Part shown: one piece after another, positions 9,134 through 18,409 of the stretch | Position numbering within the stretch: the first letter of the stretch is position 1 | Layout of the letters: the number at the start of each line of letters is the position of its first letter | Source of the DNA: Spirochaetales bacterium | Lineage (GTDB): Bacteria > Spirochaetota > Spirochaetia > Treponematales > UBA12059 | Direction: 5' to 3' | NCBI GenBank assembly: GCA_016928955.1 | Contig: JAFGJV010000058.1 | Span: 1 to 63,489, forward strand | Length of the DNA stretch: 63,489 bases | Made by a program: the position numbers and the translations under genes | Notes under the pieces: model-generated | Seen by the model: only the letters and a program-made list of their open reading frames with translations | Told to the model about the DNA's origin: nothing | Databases searched by the model: none

Positions 9134-10500
9134 AGTTCAGCGTCCTGGTGGTGGACGACGAGAAAAACATACGCGAGGGCCTGGCGGAATACCTGCGGCT
9201 TGAAGGCTACGACGTGGCGGTGGCCGCGGACGGCAAGGAAGGCCTTGCATCCGTCGAGCGCGGCCTGGCGGACCTGGTCATTACCGACCTGCGCATGCCC
9301 GCGCTTTCCGGCTCGGAACTGCTCAAGGAAATCGTGTCGCGCTACCCGTCGGTACCGGTCATCGTGCTCACCGGGCACGGCACGGTTGAAGACGCGGTAG
9401 AGGCCATGCGCTCGGGCGCCTACGACTTCATCACCAAGCCGGTCAACCTTGACCACCTGTCCCTCCTGGTGCGCAGGGCTCTTGAACGCACGGAACTGGC
9501 CAGGCGCAACGAGGAGCTGTTGAGGGAGGTTGAGAGCCAGAAGCGCTTTTCAAGCATCATCGGCAAGACGCAGTCCATACAGCGCATCTTCGAGCTGGTG
9601 CGGCGCGTGGCCCCGACCAAGGCCAGCGTCCTCATAACCGGCGAGTCCGGCGTGGGCAAGGAACTGGTTGCCGACGCCCTCCATAACCTGTCGCCCCGGG
9701 CGGACAAGCCCTTCATAAAGGTGCACTGCGCCGCGCTGGCCGAATCCCTTCTGGAGAGCGAGCTCTTTGGCCACGAGAAGGGCTCGTTTACCGGCGCCGC
9801 GGGCCGCAAGAAAGGCCGCTTTGAGCTAGCCAATGAAGGCACGCTGTTCCTGGACGAGATAGGGGAAATCAACCAGAACGTCCAGATCAAGATCCTGCGC
9901 GTCCTTCAGGAAAAGCGTTTTGAGCGCGTGGGCGGCGAGGACACCGTTGAGGTGGACGTGCGCGTGGTTGCGGCCACCAACCGCGACCTCAAGGCGGAAA
10001 TCGCCAAGGGCACGTTCAGGGAAGACCTGTACTACCGCCTGAACGTGGTGAACATACACGTGCCGCCCCTGCGCGAGCGCAAGGACGACATACCCCTACT
10101 GGCGCAGGCCTTCCTCCGCGAGTTCGCCGACGAGAACGGCAAGGCGGTCAGCGGCTTTGACCCCAAGGCCAGGGCTGCCATCTACGACTATCCCTGGCCG
10201 GGCAACGTTCGCGAGCTGCGGAACTGCGTGGAGAGCGCCGTGGTCATGGCATCAGGCGACGTGATAGGCCTGGACGACCTGTCGCCGGGCATACGCGGCC
10301 AGGAGGACGAGGGCGTGGTGCGCCTGCCCCTGGGCTCGAGCCTGGCGGAGGCAGAACGCGTCCTCATCAGGGACACGCTGGCCGCCCAGGGCGGCAACAA
10401 GAGCCGCACCGCCGAGATACTCGGGATAGGGAGAAAAACCCTCTACCAGAAAATCCAGGAATACGGGCTGGATAACGCTCCGGAGGAAACGGCCACCTGA
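9130..10500 (+). CDS. Sigma54-dependent response regulator (REC-AAA+-Fis HTH; Rrp2/AtoC-like)
   Basis: VVDDE, DLRMP, GESGVGKE, ESELFGHEKGSFTGA, FREDLYYRLNV, WPGNVREL, C-terminal HTH. Confidence 0.95.
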   Translation: MKFSVLVVDDEKNIREGLAEYLRLEGYDVAVAADGKEGLASVERGLADLVITDLRMPALSGSELLKEIVSRYPSVPVIVLTGHGTVEDAVEAMRSGAYDFITKPVNLDHLSLLVRRALERTELARRNEELLREVESQKRFSSIIGKTQSIQRIFELVRRVAPTKASVLITGESGVGKELVADALHNLSPRADKPFIKVHCAALAESLLESELFGHEKGSFTGAAGRKKGRFELANEGTLFLDEIGEINQNVQIKILRVLQEKRFERVGGEDTVEVDVRVVAATNRDLKAEIAKGTFREDLYYRLNVVNIHVPPLRERKDDIPLLAQAFLREFADENGKAVSGFDPKARAAIYDYPWPGNVRELRNCVESAVVMASGDVIGLDDLSPGIRGQEDEGVVRLPLGSSLAEAERVLIRDTLAAQGGNKSRTAEILGIGRKTLYQKIQEYGLDNAPEETAT

Positions 10501-10506
10501 CGGGGC

Positions 10507-11142
10507 CTACAGATCGGCCCGCTGGTCATCCGCCCGCCGTGACGCGTCGAGCTTGATGCGCATGGCCAAGAGCCTTCGGTCGAGGTTTTCGTCCGAGCAG
10601 GCAGCTTCCACGGCCAGGGCCAGGATGCCGTCGCCCGTTGCCCGGGCCGTTTCCAGAATGGCGTCCCGCACCTCTGCTCCTGAGCGGGCGTAGACGCTGG
10701 CCAGCTCACCCGCTCCCTGGGACAGGCCAAGCGCGGCTGCCGAGCGCACGCAGGCGGCCACAACACGGGGATCGGGGTCCGACAAGCCCTTGCGCAGGAA
10801 CAGCCACGCGCTCCTTTTTCCGGACAAGCCCAGATGCCGGGCCGCTTCGGCGCGTTCTGAGGGATCGCCAGAGCCCGCAAGGCGCGTGCCCAGCTCAAAA
10901 AGGTCCATGGATCTGGCCAGCGGAGCGAGGGCGGCTGCCAGGCGCGGGCGGATGTCCTTGCTCGAGGCCGCGTTCAGGCTTTTGTACGCGCGGCTCACGC
11001 GCTGGAAGCGCCTTGCCGTGGCCGGATTGCGCGATGCGTCAGGATGGAAGCGAAGCGTCAGGTTCCTGTACGCGCGCTTTATCTCGGCGGACGGGACACC
11101 CGGTTCCAACCCAAGCGCGGCGAAAAGGACTTCATCCCTCAT
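10507..11142 (-). CDS. J-domain protein with C-terminal HEAT-like repeats
   Basis: LGLEPGVPSAEIKRAYRNLTLRFHPD with intact HPD, then HEAT-type units DPSERAEAARHLG, LSDPDPRVVAACVRSAAALG, AEVRDAILE. Confidence 0.82.
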   Translation of the reverse strand: MRDEVLFAALGLEPGVPSAEIKRAYRNLTLRFHPDASRNPATARRFQRVSRAYKSLNAASSKDIRPRLAAALAPLARSMDLFELGTRLAGSGDPSERAEAARHLGLSGKRSAWLFLRKGLSDPDPRVVAACVRSAAALGLSQGAGELASVYARSGAEVRDAILETARATGDGILALAVEAACSDENLDRRLLAMRIKLDASRRADDQRADL

Positions 11143-11179
11143 ACACGTTCCTCAATGGTTCATCTGCTGCGGCGGTCAG

Positions 11180-12865
11180 TCACCGCTCGGCAAGGGCCCG
11201 GCTGTCCAGTTCCGCGCACAGCGCCTCCAGTAGCTCCGCGCACTGCCCCGCCTTATCTGTATCGGCACGGGCGGCGGCGTCCCGAGCGCTTTCCACAAGC
11301 TCATTGAGCTCGGCCGTCATGGCGGGGTCCAGGGACATGCCGTCCGAAAGCCTCCGGGCGCGGTCTGAGAGCGCAAGGGCGCGCTCCACGGGCGACAGCT
11401 CGGGATCTCTGCCACCAAGAAAATTTACCGTCTGGTCAGCGCCGCTGTCCAGGTCCCTTGCCCTGACCGTGAGCATGTCGCTTTCATCAAGCTCGAATTC
11501 TATCTGTATGCGCGGTACGCCGCGCTTGGCCGGCCGTATGCCCGACAGGAGAAAACGGCCCACGGACAGCCTGCCGACGCCAGCGCCGGCCTGGTCGGGA
11601 TCGTCGGCCTGGAGCACGTGTATCTCCACCGAGCTTTGGTAGTCTTCCACCGTGGTGAACATGCGCTGGCCGATTGCCGGCAGGGCCTGGTTCTTGTGGA
11701 TCAGCTCGAGCATGCCGCCGCCGTCTATTTCCAAGCCCAGGATCCGGGACGACACGTCCGTAAATTCAAAGCCGGGGGCCGTAAGCGCCAGGTCTCCGGA
11801 CAGGCGCGCAGCTTCTATGGCCGCGCCCAGCGCCACTATTTCCTCCGGGTTGACCCTAGGGTCCGCGGCGCGGCCGCACAGATCCCCAAGGAGGCGGGAA
11901 ACCAGGGGCATTCTAGACGAGCCGCCTGATAGCACCAGGGCATCCACCGCGCCTGGTTCGACCCCGGCCGCCTTCAGTACGGACCTGGTGATGGCCATGG
12001 TGCGGCCAACGACCGGCGCCGCAAGGTCCTCCAAAACATCCCTCGCGATGCCGACGGCGGGATGCGTCACGCCCTCGGGGCCGCGGAGGAAAGGAACGGC
12101 CACGGTCGCGCTGTGCAGTTCCGACAGCTCTATTTTGGCCGCCTCGCAGCGGTCCAGGAGCACGCGCCTGAGGTAGGGATCGGCGTCCGGATCTATACCG
12201 TAGTCGCGTTTGAAACATTCGGCAACGTGGGCGTACAGGGCCTGGTCCAGGTCCATGCCGCCCAACTGGTCGTCGCCCTCAGAGGCCAGGACCCTGCTCA
12301 CCGGCCCCCTGCTCTTGAGTACGGTGGCGTCAAAGGTCCCGCCGCCAAAATCGTACACCAGGACCAGGCGATCCTTTGAGTCCTTGGGCAGGGTCCACGC
12401 GCGGGCCAGGGCCGCGGCCGTCGGCTCGTTCATGACGCGCAGCACCTTGAAGCCCGCCATGGCGGCGGCGTCGCGGACGCTGCGGCGCTGAGGCTCGGAA
12501 AAGCGCGCCGGCACGGTGACCACCGCGTCCCTCGGCTCAAAGCCCAGGTAGGCTGCCGCGTCCTTCCTGACCTTGGACAGCAGCGCGGCGGCAAGCTCCT
12601 CGGGCCGGTGGCTTTTCCCCTTGAGCGACAGGCTATCCGCCCTGCCCAGCTTGCGCTTCAGGCCCAGCACCACGGACTCTGGGTCGGCCAAGGCCTGGTT
12701 GCGGGCCGACGACCCGTACACCAGCTCCCCGGAATCCAGGACAGCCAGGGCCGACGGGGTCAGGCGCTCGCCCCTGGCGTTGGGTATGAGCACGGGCTCA
12801 GCGCCGTCCAGCCATGCGCACAAAGTGTTGGTGGTGCCAAAATCCAGGCCTACGGCGCCCGGCAT
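11180..12865 (-). CDS. Divergent Hsp70 (DnaK-family) chaperone, ~561 aa, short C-terminal lid
   Basis: GLDFGTTNT, VVTVPARF, NEPTAAALA, VYDFGGGTFD, LGGMDLD, EAAKIELS, LSGGSSRMP, FTTVEDYQ, GVPRIQIEF. Confidence 0.92.
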   Translation of the reverse strand: MPGAVGLDFGTTNTLCAWLDGAEPVLIPNARGERLTPSALAVLDSGELVYGSSARNQALADPESVVLGLKRKLGRADSLSLKGKSHRPEELAAALLSKVRKDAAAYLGFEPRDAVVTVPARFSEPQRRSVRDAAAMAGFKVLRVMNEPTAAALARAWTLPKDSKDRLVLVYDFGGGTFDATVLKSRGPVSRVLASEGDDQLGGMDLDQALYAHVAECFKRDYGIDPDADPYLRRVLLDRCEAAKIELSELHSATVAVPFLRGPEGVTHPAVGIARDVLEDLAAPVVGRTMAITRSVLKAAGVEPGAVDALVLSGGSSRMPLVSRLLGDLCGRAADPRVNPEEIVALGAAIEAARLSGDLALTAPGFEFTDVSSRILGLEIDGGGMLELIHKNQALPAIGQRMFTTVEDYQSSVEIHVLQADDPDQAGAGVGRLSVGRFLLSGIRPAKRGVPRIQIEFELDESDMLTVRARDLDSGADQTVNFLGGRDPELSPVERALALSDRARRLSDGMSLDPAMTAELNELVESARDAAARADTDKAGQCAELLEALCAELDSRALAER

Positions 12866-12866
12866 G

Positions 12867-13502
12867 TCAATTCTCCGGCAGACGCCTGGCGTCTTCCATG
12901 GCAATGGCGATTTCCACCTCGGCCAACGGCGCGCCGAGTTCCGAGGCTATCAGCTCCGCGGAAAAGCCCTTGCGCCTGAGCGATGCTACCTTCTCCGGAA
13001 AGGGCACGTCCACGGGCAAGGCCTTTGACGCGAACCTTATAAAAGGCACGTCCGGCGCTACCCCGGCCTGTGGACCTTCCCTGCTGGCCTTGCGGTATGC
13101 CTCTACCTGACGGCTTTCCGGCACCTGGGCCGCATCGTCAGCTTTGCGTTCCGGGGCACGCTGCTCCGGCCTGGAGGTCTGGACGATCCGCGGCGCCGTT
13201 CCCTGGCTTCTGGACGGCTCGCGTGCGGGGGAACTGGGTGCTTCCCTGGCCAGGAGGGAGATGCGTTTGTCGGCTTCCTTCAAAGCATCCTTCAGCTGTC
13301 CAAGCCGGTCCTCTACCAGCGTCACGTTCCTGTCCGTTGTACCGTCAAGCTCTGTGATCAGCGCCGAGATTTCTTTGCGAGCGGACGCCAGCGCCTCGTC
13401 CGCGTTGAGGTAGCGGCGTACGGTTGCCCTGGTCCAGGCCACCATGACCAGGCACAGAGCCACGAATACGGCCAATTCGATCAGCGTGGAACCCATGCTC
13501 AC
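12867..13502 (-). CDS. SwrB-like flagellar-associated protein (TM, coiled coil, C-terminal HTH)
   Basis: N-terminal TM helix, heptad region, low-complexity linker, KGFSAELIASELGAPLAEVEIAI HTH; located at the distal end of the fla operon. Confidence 0.55.
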   Translation of the reverse strand: MSMGSTLIELAVFVALCLVMVAWTRATVRRYLNADEALASARKEISALITELDGTTDRNVTLVEDRLGQLKDALKEADKRISLLAREAPSSPAREPSRSQGTAPRIVQTSRPEQRAPERKADDAAQVPESRQVEAYRKASREGPQAGVAPDVPFIRFASKALPVDVPFPEKVASLRRKGFSAELIASELGAPLAEVEIAIAMEDARRLPEN

Positions 13503-13825
13503 CCCGATATGTCTATGTGGCCGCCAAGCGCGGGATCCTGCACGGTTTCCTGTTCCGCCTGGTCCCGCTCCTGTTCTTTTTTCTGCTTGTTTTCGGACTG
13601 CGCGCCGGCGGCGGTTTCGTCCTGCTTGTCCTTGACGGCTCCTGGGCCGCTTTTGTCCTCTTCCAGCTTTTTGACGCTGGACGCCTCTTCCACCGCCTTT
13701 TTCTGCATGGTGGCGCCAAGGAGGGCTTTCTGGGCCACGGCCGCGTCGCGCTCCGCCGCGTTCTGCCGCGCTACCTTGTCCATCTGCGTGAACAAGGTCT
13801 GGAGGTCAATCGGCTTTATGGGCAT
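13499..13825 (-). CDS. Hypothetical charged protein downstream of fapA
   Basis: MPIKPIDLQ start and DPALGGHIDISG end; overlaps both neighbours. Confidence 0.7.
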   Translation of the reverse strand: MPIKPIDLQTLFTQMDKVARQNAAERDAAVAQKALLGATMQKKAVEEASSVKKLEEDKSGPGAVKDKQDETAAGAQSENKQKKEQERDQAEQETVQDPALGGHIDISG

Positions 13826-15794
13826 CTGGCGGCCCCCGTTTCAGAAGCTCGTCGTCCAGCTCCTCGTATTTGGTCGTTTTTATCATCATGTTCTCTAGGA
13901 AGAAGGTCAGGCCCTTGTACTCGTTCTTGATGTCCTCGCGGATGTCCCGGATGATGATCTTTGCGCCCGGGTATATGCGGCTGGACACGCTGACCTTGCC
14001 CCGCACCTTCAGGTTGTTGAGATAGAGGTGGATGGATTCGTACTCTGACTTGAGGGCGCGGGCCTCGGAACCCGCTTCCTCTCGCCGCTGGGTCAGGTCC
14101 TCCAGGATGGCTTCCTTGTCCTCCGGCAGGGTCTTGCGCTGGCGCTTCATCTCGGCGAGCGTGGATATGTTCTTGTCCAGCTCGTCTATCTGCTTCTCAA
14201 GCAGCTTGAGCTTGACGTCCAGCTCGTCCAGGCGCGCCTTGCTCTTGGGATCGCTTCCGACCTCCAGGATGGTTTCGGCGCCGCCGGACGCGCTGCCTAT
14301 GATCTTGGCGTTGATCTCCTCGCATGCGCGGTAGCGTCCGCCTATGATGGTTCCGTGCTTGCCGCCCGAGCATACGATGCGCTTGTCGGCCGTCACGTCC
14401 GAATTGATGATGCTCTGGCTGACCACCACGTTGTCGCCCGCCACCACGATGGCGTTCTCTATGAATTTTGCCCACACGTTCTTGCCCGCGGTGATGGCGC
14501 CCGCGCCCTTGCCGGCAACGCCCTGGTGGATGATGATATCGCCCTCGGCCGACAGCTCCGATTTCCCAACGTTGCCGCGCACCTCGATGTTGCCTGTGGC
14601 CTTGACCGAGAAACCGTCCTCAACGTTGCCGTTGACGATGATAGTGCCCAGGAAGAACTGGTTGCCCGTCTTGAGGTCTATGTTGCCGTTGATGGTGTAC
14701 ACGGTCTCGACGTTGATCTTGCCGCCTATGTAGGTGGCCTCCCCGTTGACGTCCGCTATGATGCTGAGTCCGTCGTCGCCCGCGTGCACGTTCTTGCCCA
14801 GGGGCAAAGGCTGGTCTCGGCCGTTCCTGGCCGGGAGAAGCTTGCCGGTAACCGTCCGGCCAGGCACGCCCTGCTTGGCAGGTATCTTCTTGGCCAGCAC
14901 CTGGCCTTCCACCACGTTCTGTACCAGGTGGAGTTCCTTGTAGTCCACGCGCCCGTTTTTTTCCTCTATGTGCACCTTGGAGCGGTCCGTCTCGAACAGG
15001 TACTGTATCTTGGCGTCCTCGCCGTTCTGCGGCTTCTGCCCCTGCGCCACCATGACGGGCACCTTGTAGCTTGGCTGGTCCTCAAGTCCCTGGAGAGCGT
15101 CGTCCAGCACGCCGTGCACGATCTTGTTGTTGCGGAGGTAGGCCAGGATGATTTCGCGCGACAGGTCGCAGCCGCCCGGCTGGGGCGGCGTCAGGATGAC
15201 GTACGCTTCCATATCCTGCGCGGCTATATCCACGGTCAAGAGCGCGTCGGCCGCCGGATTGGCCACAAAACTGCCCACCGGCACCCACTCTCCGCGGGCT
15301 TCCTTGACAACGCGACTGACCAGTTCCTGGCTGAAATCGTGGACGGCCCGCGAGTGGAGCTTGTCCACCGCCTGTTTGTCCGTGGCGCGCTTGCCCCGGC
15401 CCGTGGGCTTGGTCACCTTGAGCAGGGCGCCATCCGGTGCTAGGCGGACGTAGGCCTGACCGTCTAGGTCCTTCTGGGCTTCCACCACGGGCATGGCCGT
15501 TTCAAGGCCTGGCTCAAACACCGGGGCCGCCTGGGTTTCCACCTTCTTCTTGGCCGCCGACTGATAAACGCTCAGCTTCCAGGGCTTGCGGCCCATCCCG
15601 AGCATACCCGGCGCGCCTTTTTCCAGCACCTCGTATTCAAGGCGGGCCACGGCGCAGTCCAACTGGACCGCCGCGCTCTGCAGCGCGTCCTCAAGCGTGA
15701 CGCCTTCCACAACGATGCTGCGCTTGTCGCCATCCTCGTCCAGGTAGCGGCGCATGAGCTCGCGGATGGCGTCCATGCCGATGCGCTCGGCCAT
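13806..15794 (-). CDS. fapA: FapA (DUF342) flagellar assembly protein with N-terminal Jag_N-like domain
   Basis: GRVDYKEL..VQNVVEGQVLA, beta-helix repeats (GNVEDGFSVKATGNIEVRG), coiled coil, IYPG; ATG at 15794. Confidence 0.85.
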   Translation of the reverse strand: MAERIGMDAIRELMRRYLDEDGDKRSIVVEGVTLEDALQSAAVQLDCAVARLEYEVLEKGAPGMLGMGRKPWKLSVYQSAAKKKVETQAAPVFEPGLETAMPVVEAQKDLDGQAYVRLAPDGALLKVTKPTGRGKRATDKQAVDKLHSRAVHDFSQELVSRVVKEARGEWVPVGSFVANPAADALLTVDIAAQDMEAYVILTPPQPGGCDLSREIILAYLRNNKIVHGVLDDALQGLEDQPSYKVPVMVAQGQKPQNGEDAKIQYLFETDRSKVHIEEKNGRVDYKELHLVQNVVEGQVLAKKIPAKQGVPGRTVTGKLLPARNGRDQPLPLGKNVHAGDDGLSIIADVNGEATYIGGKINVETVYTINGNIDLKTGNQFFLGTIIVNGNVEDGFSVKATGNIEVRGNVGKSELSAEGDIIIHQGVAGKGAGAITAGKNVWAKFIENAIVVAGDNVVVSQSIINSDVTADKRIVCSGGKHGTIIGGRYRACEEINAKIIGSASGGAETILEVGSDPKSKARLDELDVKLKLLEKQIDELDKNISTLAEMKRQRKTLPEDKEAILEDLTQRREEAGSEARALKSEYESIHLYLNNLKVRGKVSVSSRIYPGAKIIIRDIREDIKNEYKGLTFFLENMMIKTTKYEELDDELLKRGPPDAHKAD

Positions 15795-15795
15795 C

Positions 15796-16584
15796 TTACA
15801 CGATACCCTTCCGCAGGTTGGTGAGGCGGGCACGCAGGCGCAGTATGGCCTTGGTATGCAGCTGGCTGACGCGAGATTCCGTCACCTCAAGCACCTTGCC
15901 GATTTCTTTCAGGGTGAGTTCCTCGTAATAGTAGAGCACCAGCACCTTCTTTTCCTTGTCGGGCAGGTCCTGTATGGCTGACACTATGACGCGGCGGATT
16001 TCCTCCCGTTCCATGATGGAGTCGGGATTCATGCTTGAGGGGCTCTCTATGCTGTCGCCCAGGGTGATCTTCTCGTTCTCGTCGGCCGCGTACCATATGT
16101 CGCTCAGGGACATGATGGCCGTGCCCGATATCTTGAGCATGGTCCGGGAAAACTCGTCGTTGCTCATGCCAATGGATTTGGCGATTTCCGAATCACTGGC
16201 CGGGCGGCCGAGCTTGGATTCCACCTCCATGATGGCTTCTTCTATCTCGCGCGATTTCTGCCGGACCGAACGCGGCACCCAGTCCATGCTGCGCAGTTCG
16301 TCGAAAATGGCCCCGCGGATCCGGGTAACGGCGTAGGTCTTGAATTTGACGTTCTTCTCCGGGTCGTACTTGTCTATGGCGTCTATCAGGCCGAACACGC
16401 CAAAGCCAACCAGGTCGTCAAAATCCACCGACTGGGGCATGTTGGCCGCCACCTTCCCGGCCACATATTTGACCAGGGGGGCATACTGCTTGATGAAGGC
16501 CTCGCGTATCACCGGATCGCGGCCTTTTTTGTAAGCAGCCCAGAGCTCTTCCTCAGTGTGATGCTCAAGCAGGGGGTTGTTCAT
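15796..16584 (-). CDS. fliA: Flagellar sigma factor sigma28 (FliA/WhiG)
   Basis: FKTYAVTRIRGAIFDELRSMDWVPRSVR, LTLKEIGKVLEVTESRVSQLH. Confidence 0.96.
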   Translation of the reverse strand: MNNPLLEHHTEEELWAAYKKGRDPVIREAFIKQYAPLVKYVAGKVAANMPQSVDFDDLVGFGVFGLIDAIDKYDPEKNVKFKTYAVTRIRGAIFDELRSMDWVPRSVRQKSREIEEAIMEVESKLGRPASDSEIAKSIGMSNDEFSRTMLKISGTAIMSLSDIWYAADENEKITLGDSIESPSSMNPDSIMEREEIRRVIVSAIQDLPDKEKKVLVLYYYEELTLKEIGKVLEVTESRVSQLHTKAILRLRARLTNLRKGIV

Positions 16585-16590
16585 CGGAGC

Positions 16591-17331
16591 TTACCCTTTC
16601 TGGTCCCTGCGCAGTAAGGTCTGCACCGCTTTGGCCAGGGCCGCTGGATCACCGGCGGCCGAATCAGAACCGCCCGATACGGGGGCGTATATTGGCGACT
16701 CTTCCTCGCCCTGGTCGCCATCCGACACCACCTCTGAGAAGGAATCGGACAGGGTATCCAGGTCCGGAAGGACATCCAGCTCGTCCAGGGCCACCGACGG
16801 CCGCGGGGGCCTGGACACCGGCTCGGGCTGGTCGTTTTTGGGGATGAGACTTTCGGCCTGTATGGCTTCCACGTCGCTTTCTATGTCGGCCAGGTCGTCG
16901 TCCGCCCGGCGCTCCGGCCTCTCGGCTGCCATGACCCTGTCCAGGACGGGTATGTGCTCCGGAGCCTCTCCGGACGAACCCGCCAGCTCACCTTCCGCCA
17001 TGGCCACGCTTTCGGCGCTATCCGCGCTTTCCGCGCCAGGCCCGGACACTGCCGGCGCCTCGTCGCCAGGAAGGACTATGTTGACGCGCTGTCCGGGCGC
17101 TTCCCGCTCCAACGCGTCCGCGGGCGCCTGGCCGTCCTCAAAAAGCTCCGGCATGAAGCGCCTGAGCACGGCTATGGCCCCGTACGCCATGAGGGCAAAG
17201 AGGGCCCCCAAGAGCACGGCCCTGAGGACAAGTGCCCCCAGGGGAACGCGTGAGAATGCGGCAACGGTGGCTGAAAGGACGGCAGCGCCGAGCCCCGCCC
17301 CGGTGGACAGGCGCAGGTCAGCACCCGTCAC
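16591..17331 (-). CDS. flgV: FlgV-like protein (two TM helices, acidic disordered linker, C-terminal helix)
   Basis: Position between flhG and fliA; two N-terminal hydrophobic helices; GTG 17331 follows GGAGG (alternative ATG at 17346). Confidence 0.65.
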   Translation of the reverse strand: MTGADLRLSTGAGLGAAVLSATVAAFSRVPLGALVLRAVLLGALFALMAYGAIAVLRRFMPELFEDGQAPADALEREAPGQRVNIVLPGDEAPAVSGPGAESADSAESVAMAEGELAGSSGEAPEHIPVLDRVMAAERPERRADDDLADIESDVEAIQAESLIPKNDQPEPVSRPPRPSVALDELDVLPDLDTLSDSFSEVVSDGDQGEEESPIYAPVSGGSDSAAGDPAALAKAVQTLLRRDQKG

Positions 17332-17354
17332 GTTGATCCCTCCCATATCCTGGT

Positions 17355-17383
17355 AGAGTAAGGCAAAGCGACTGCCTCGTCAA
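17355..17383 (-). promoter_or_regulatory. Internal sigma70 promoter upstream of flgV-fliA
   Basis: Minus strand TTGACG-N17-TACTCT. Confidence 0.6.
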
Positions 17384-17489
17384 GCTTGGGCGCTGAGCCA
17401 AGATCGACGAAAACGCCACGCGAGTCGGCAAAAAATCAGATGATGGGCCAATGAGGGCGGCCGCGCCGGGCCGGGTGGCGGATTCCCGC

Positions 17490-18359
17490 TCAGGCGTCCT
17501 TGCCGAACAGCTTGCGTATCATGCGGCTGAGTCCGTGGTCGCTGGAAAACTCCGTCTTCTCTATCCGGCTCACCAGATGCTGCACGGATATGGCCGCCTT
17601 GGATTTCGGCTCCTGGACCAGGAAGGGACGCTGCCTGAGCACTGACATGGGGACCACCGGGTCGTCGTATATGCAGCCGAGATATTCCACCTTGAGGTTG
17701 AGGAACTGCCCGGATATGTTGATGATGCGCTCGGCCACCTTGCGGCCCTCGGTCACGTTCTTGACGCGATTGACCACCAGCTTGAGTCCTATGTTCAGGT
17801 TCTCCACCTCGGTGGCTATTATTTTGATGATACCGTACGCGTCGGTGATGGCCGTGGGCTCAGGCGTGGTGATGATCACCGCGTCGTCCGCCGCCGCCAC
17901 AAAGGACAGCACGTTGCTGGACACGCCGGCGCTTGTGTCTATGATGATGATATCGGCGTTGGACAGGGTGTACAGCTCGGTAATGAAATTCTGGCGCTCT
18001 TCCTCCGACAGGTTGGCTATCTTGGAAAAGCCGGACGCCCCCGCCAGGATCTGTATGCCGTACTCCGTGTCCAGGAGGATTTCCCGCATTGATTTCTGCT
18101 TGCGGATCACATGGTACAGGTTGTACTTGGGAATCATGTTGACCATGATGTTGACGTTAGCCAGCCCAAGGTCAGCGTCCATGACCACCACGCGCTTGCC
18201 GAGCCTGGCATAGGCTATGGCCATGTTCACGGCCAGGTTGGTCTTGCCCACCCCGCCCTTGCCGCTGGCCACGGTGATGACGCGCGTCTTCTTGGCGCTA
18301 TCGCGGGCCTGGGGTTTGGCTTTCATAAGCTCACGCAGTTTCTGTGCCTGGTCTTCCAT
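17490..18359 (-). CDS. flhG: MinD-like ATPase FlhG
   Basis: MEDQAQKLR, SGKGGVGKT, DADLGLAN, TTPEPTAITDAY. Confidence 0.95.
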   Translation of the reverse strand: MEDQAQKLRELMKAKPQARDSAKKTRVITVASGKGGVGKTNLAVNMAIAYARLGKRVVVMDADLGLANVNIMVNMIPKYNLYHVIRKQKSMREILLDTEYGIQILAGASGFSKIANLSEEERQNFITELYTLSNADIIIIDTSAGVSSNVLSFVAAADDAVIITTPEPTAITDAYGIIKIIATEVENLNIGLKLVVNRVKNVTEGRKVAERIINISGQFLNLKVEYLGCIYDDPVVPMSVLRQRPFLVQEPKSKAAISVQHLVSRIEKTEFSSDHGLSRMIRKLFGKDA

Positions 18360-18409
18360 CTGGTCATCTCCACGGCGCGGTCGGTCCCGCGCTCACGGCG
18401 TCCACGGTT

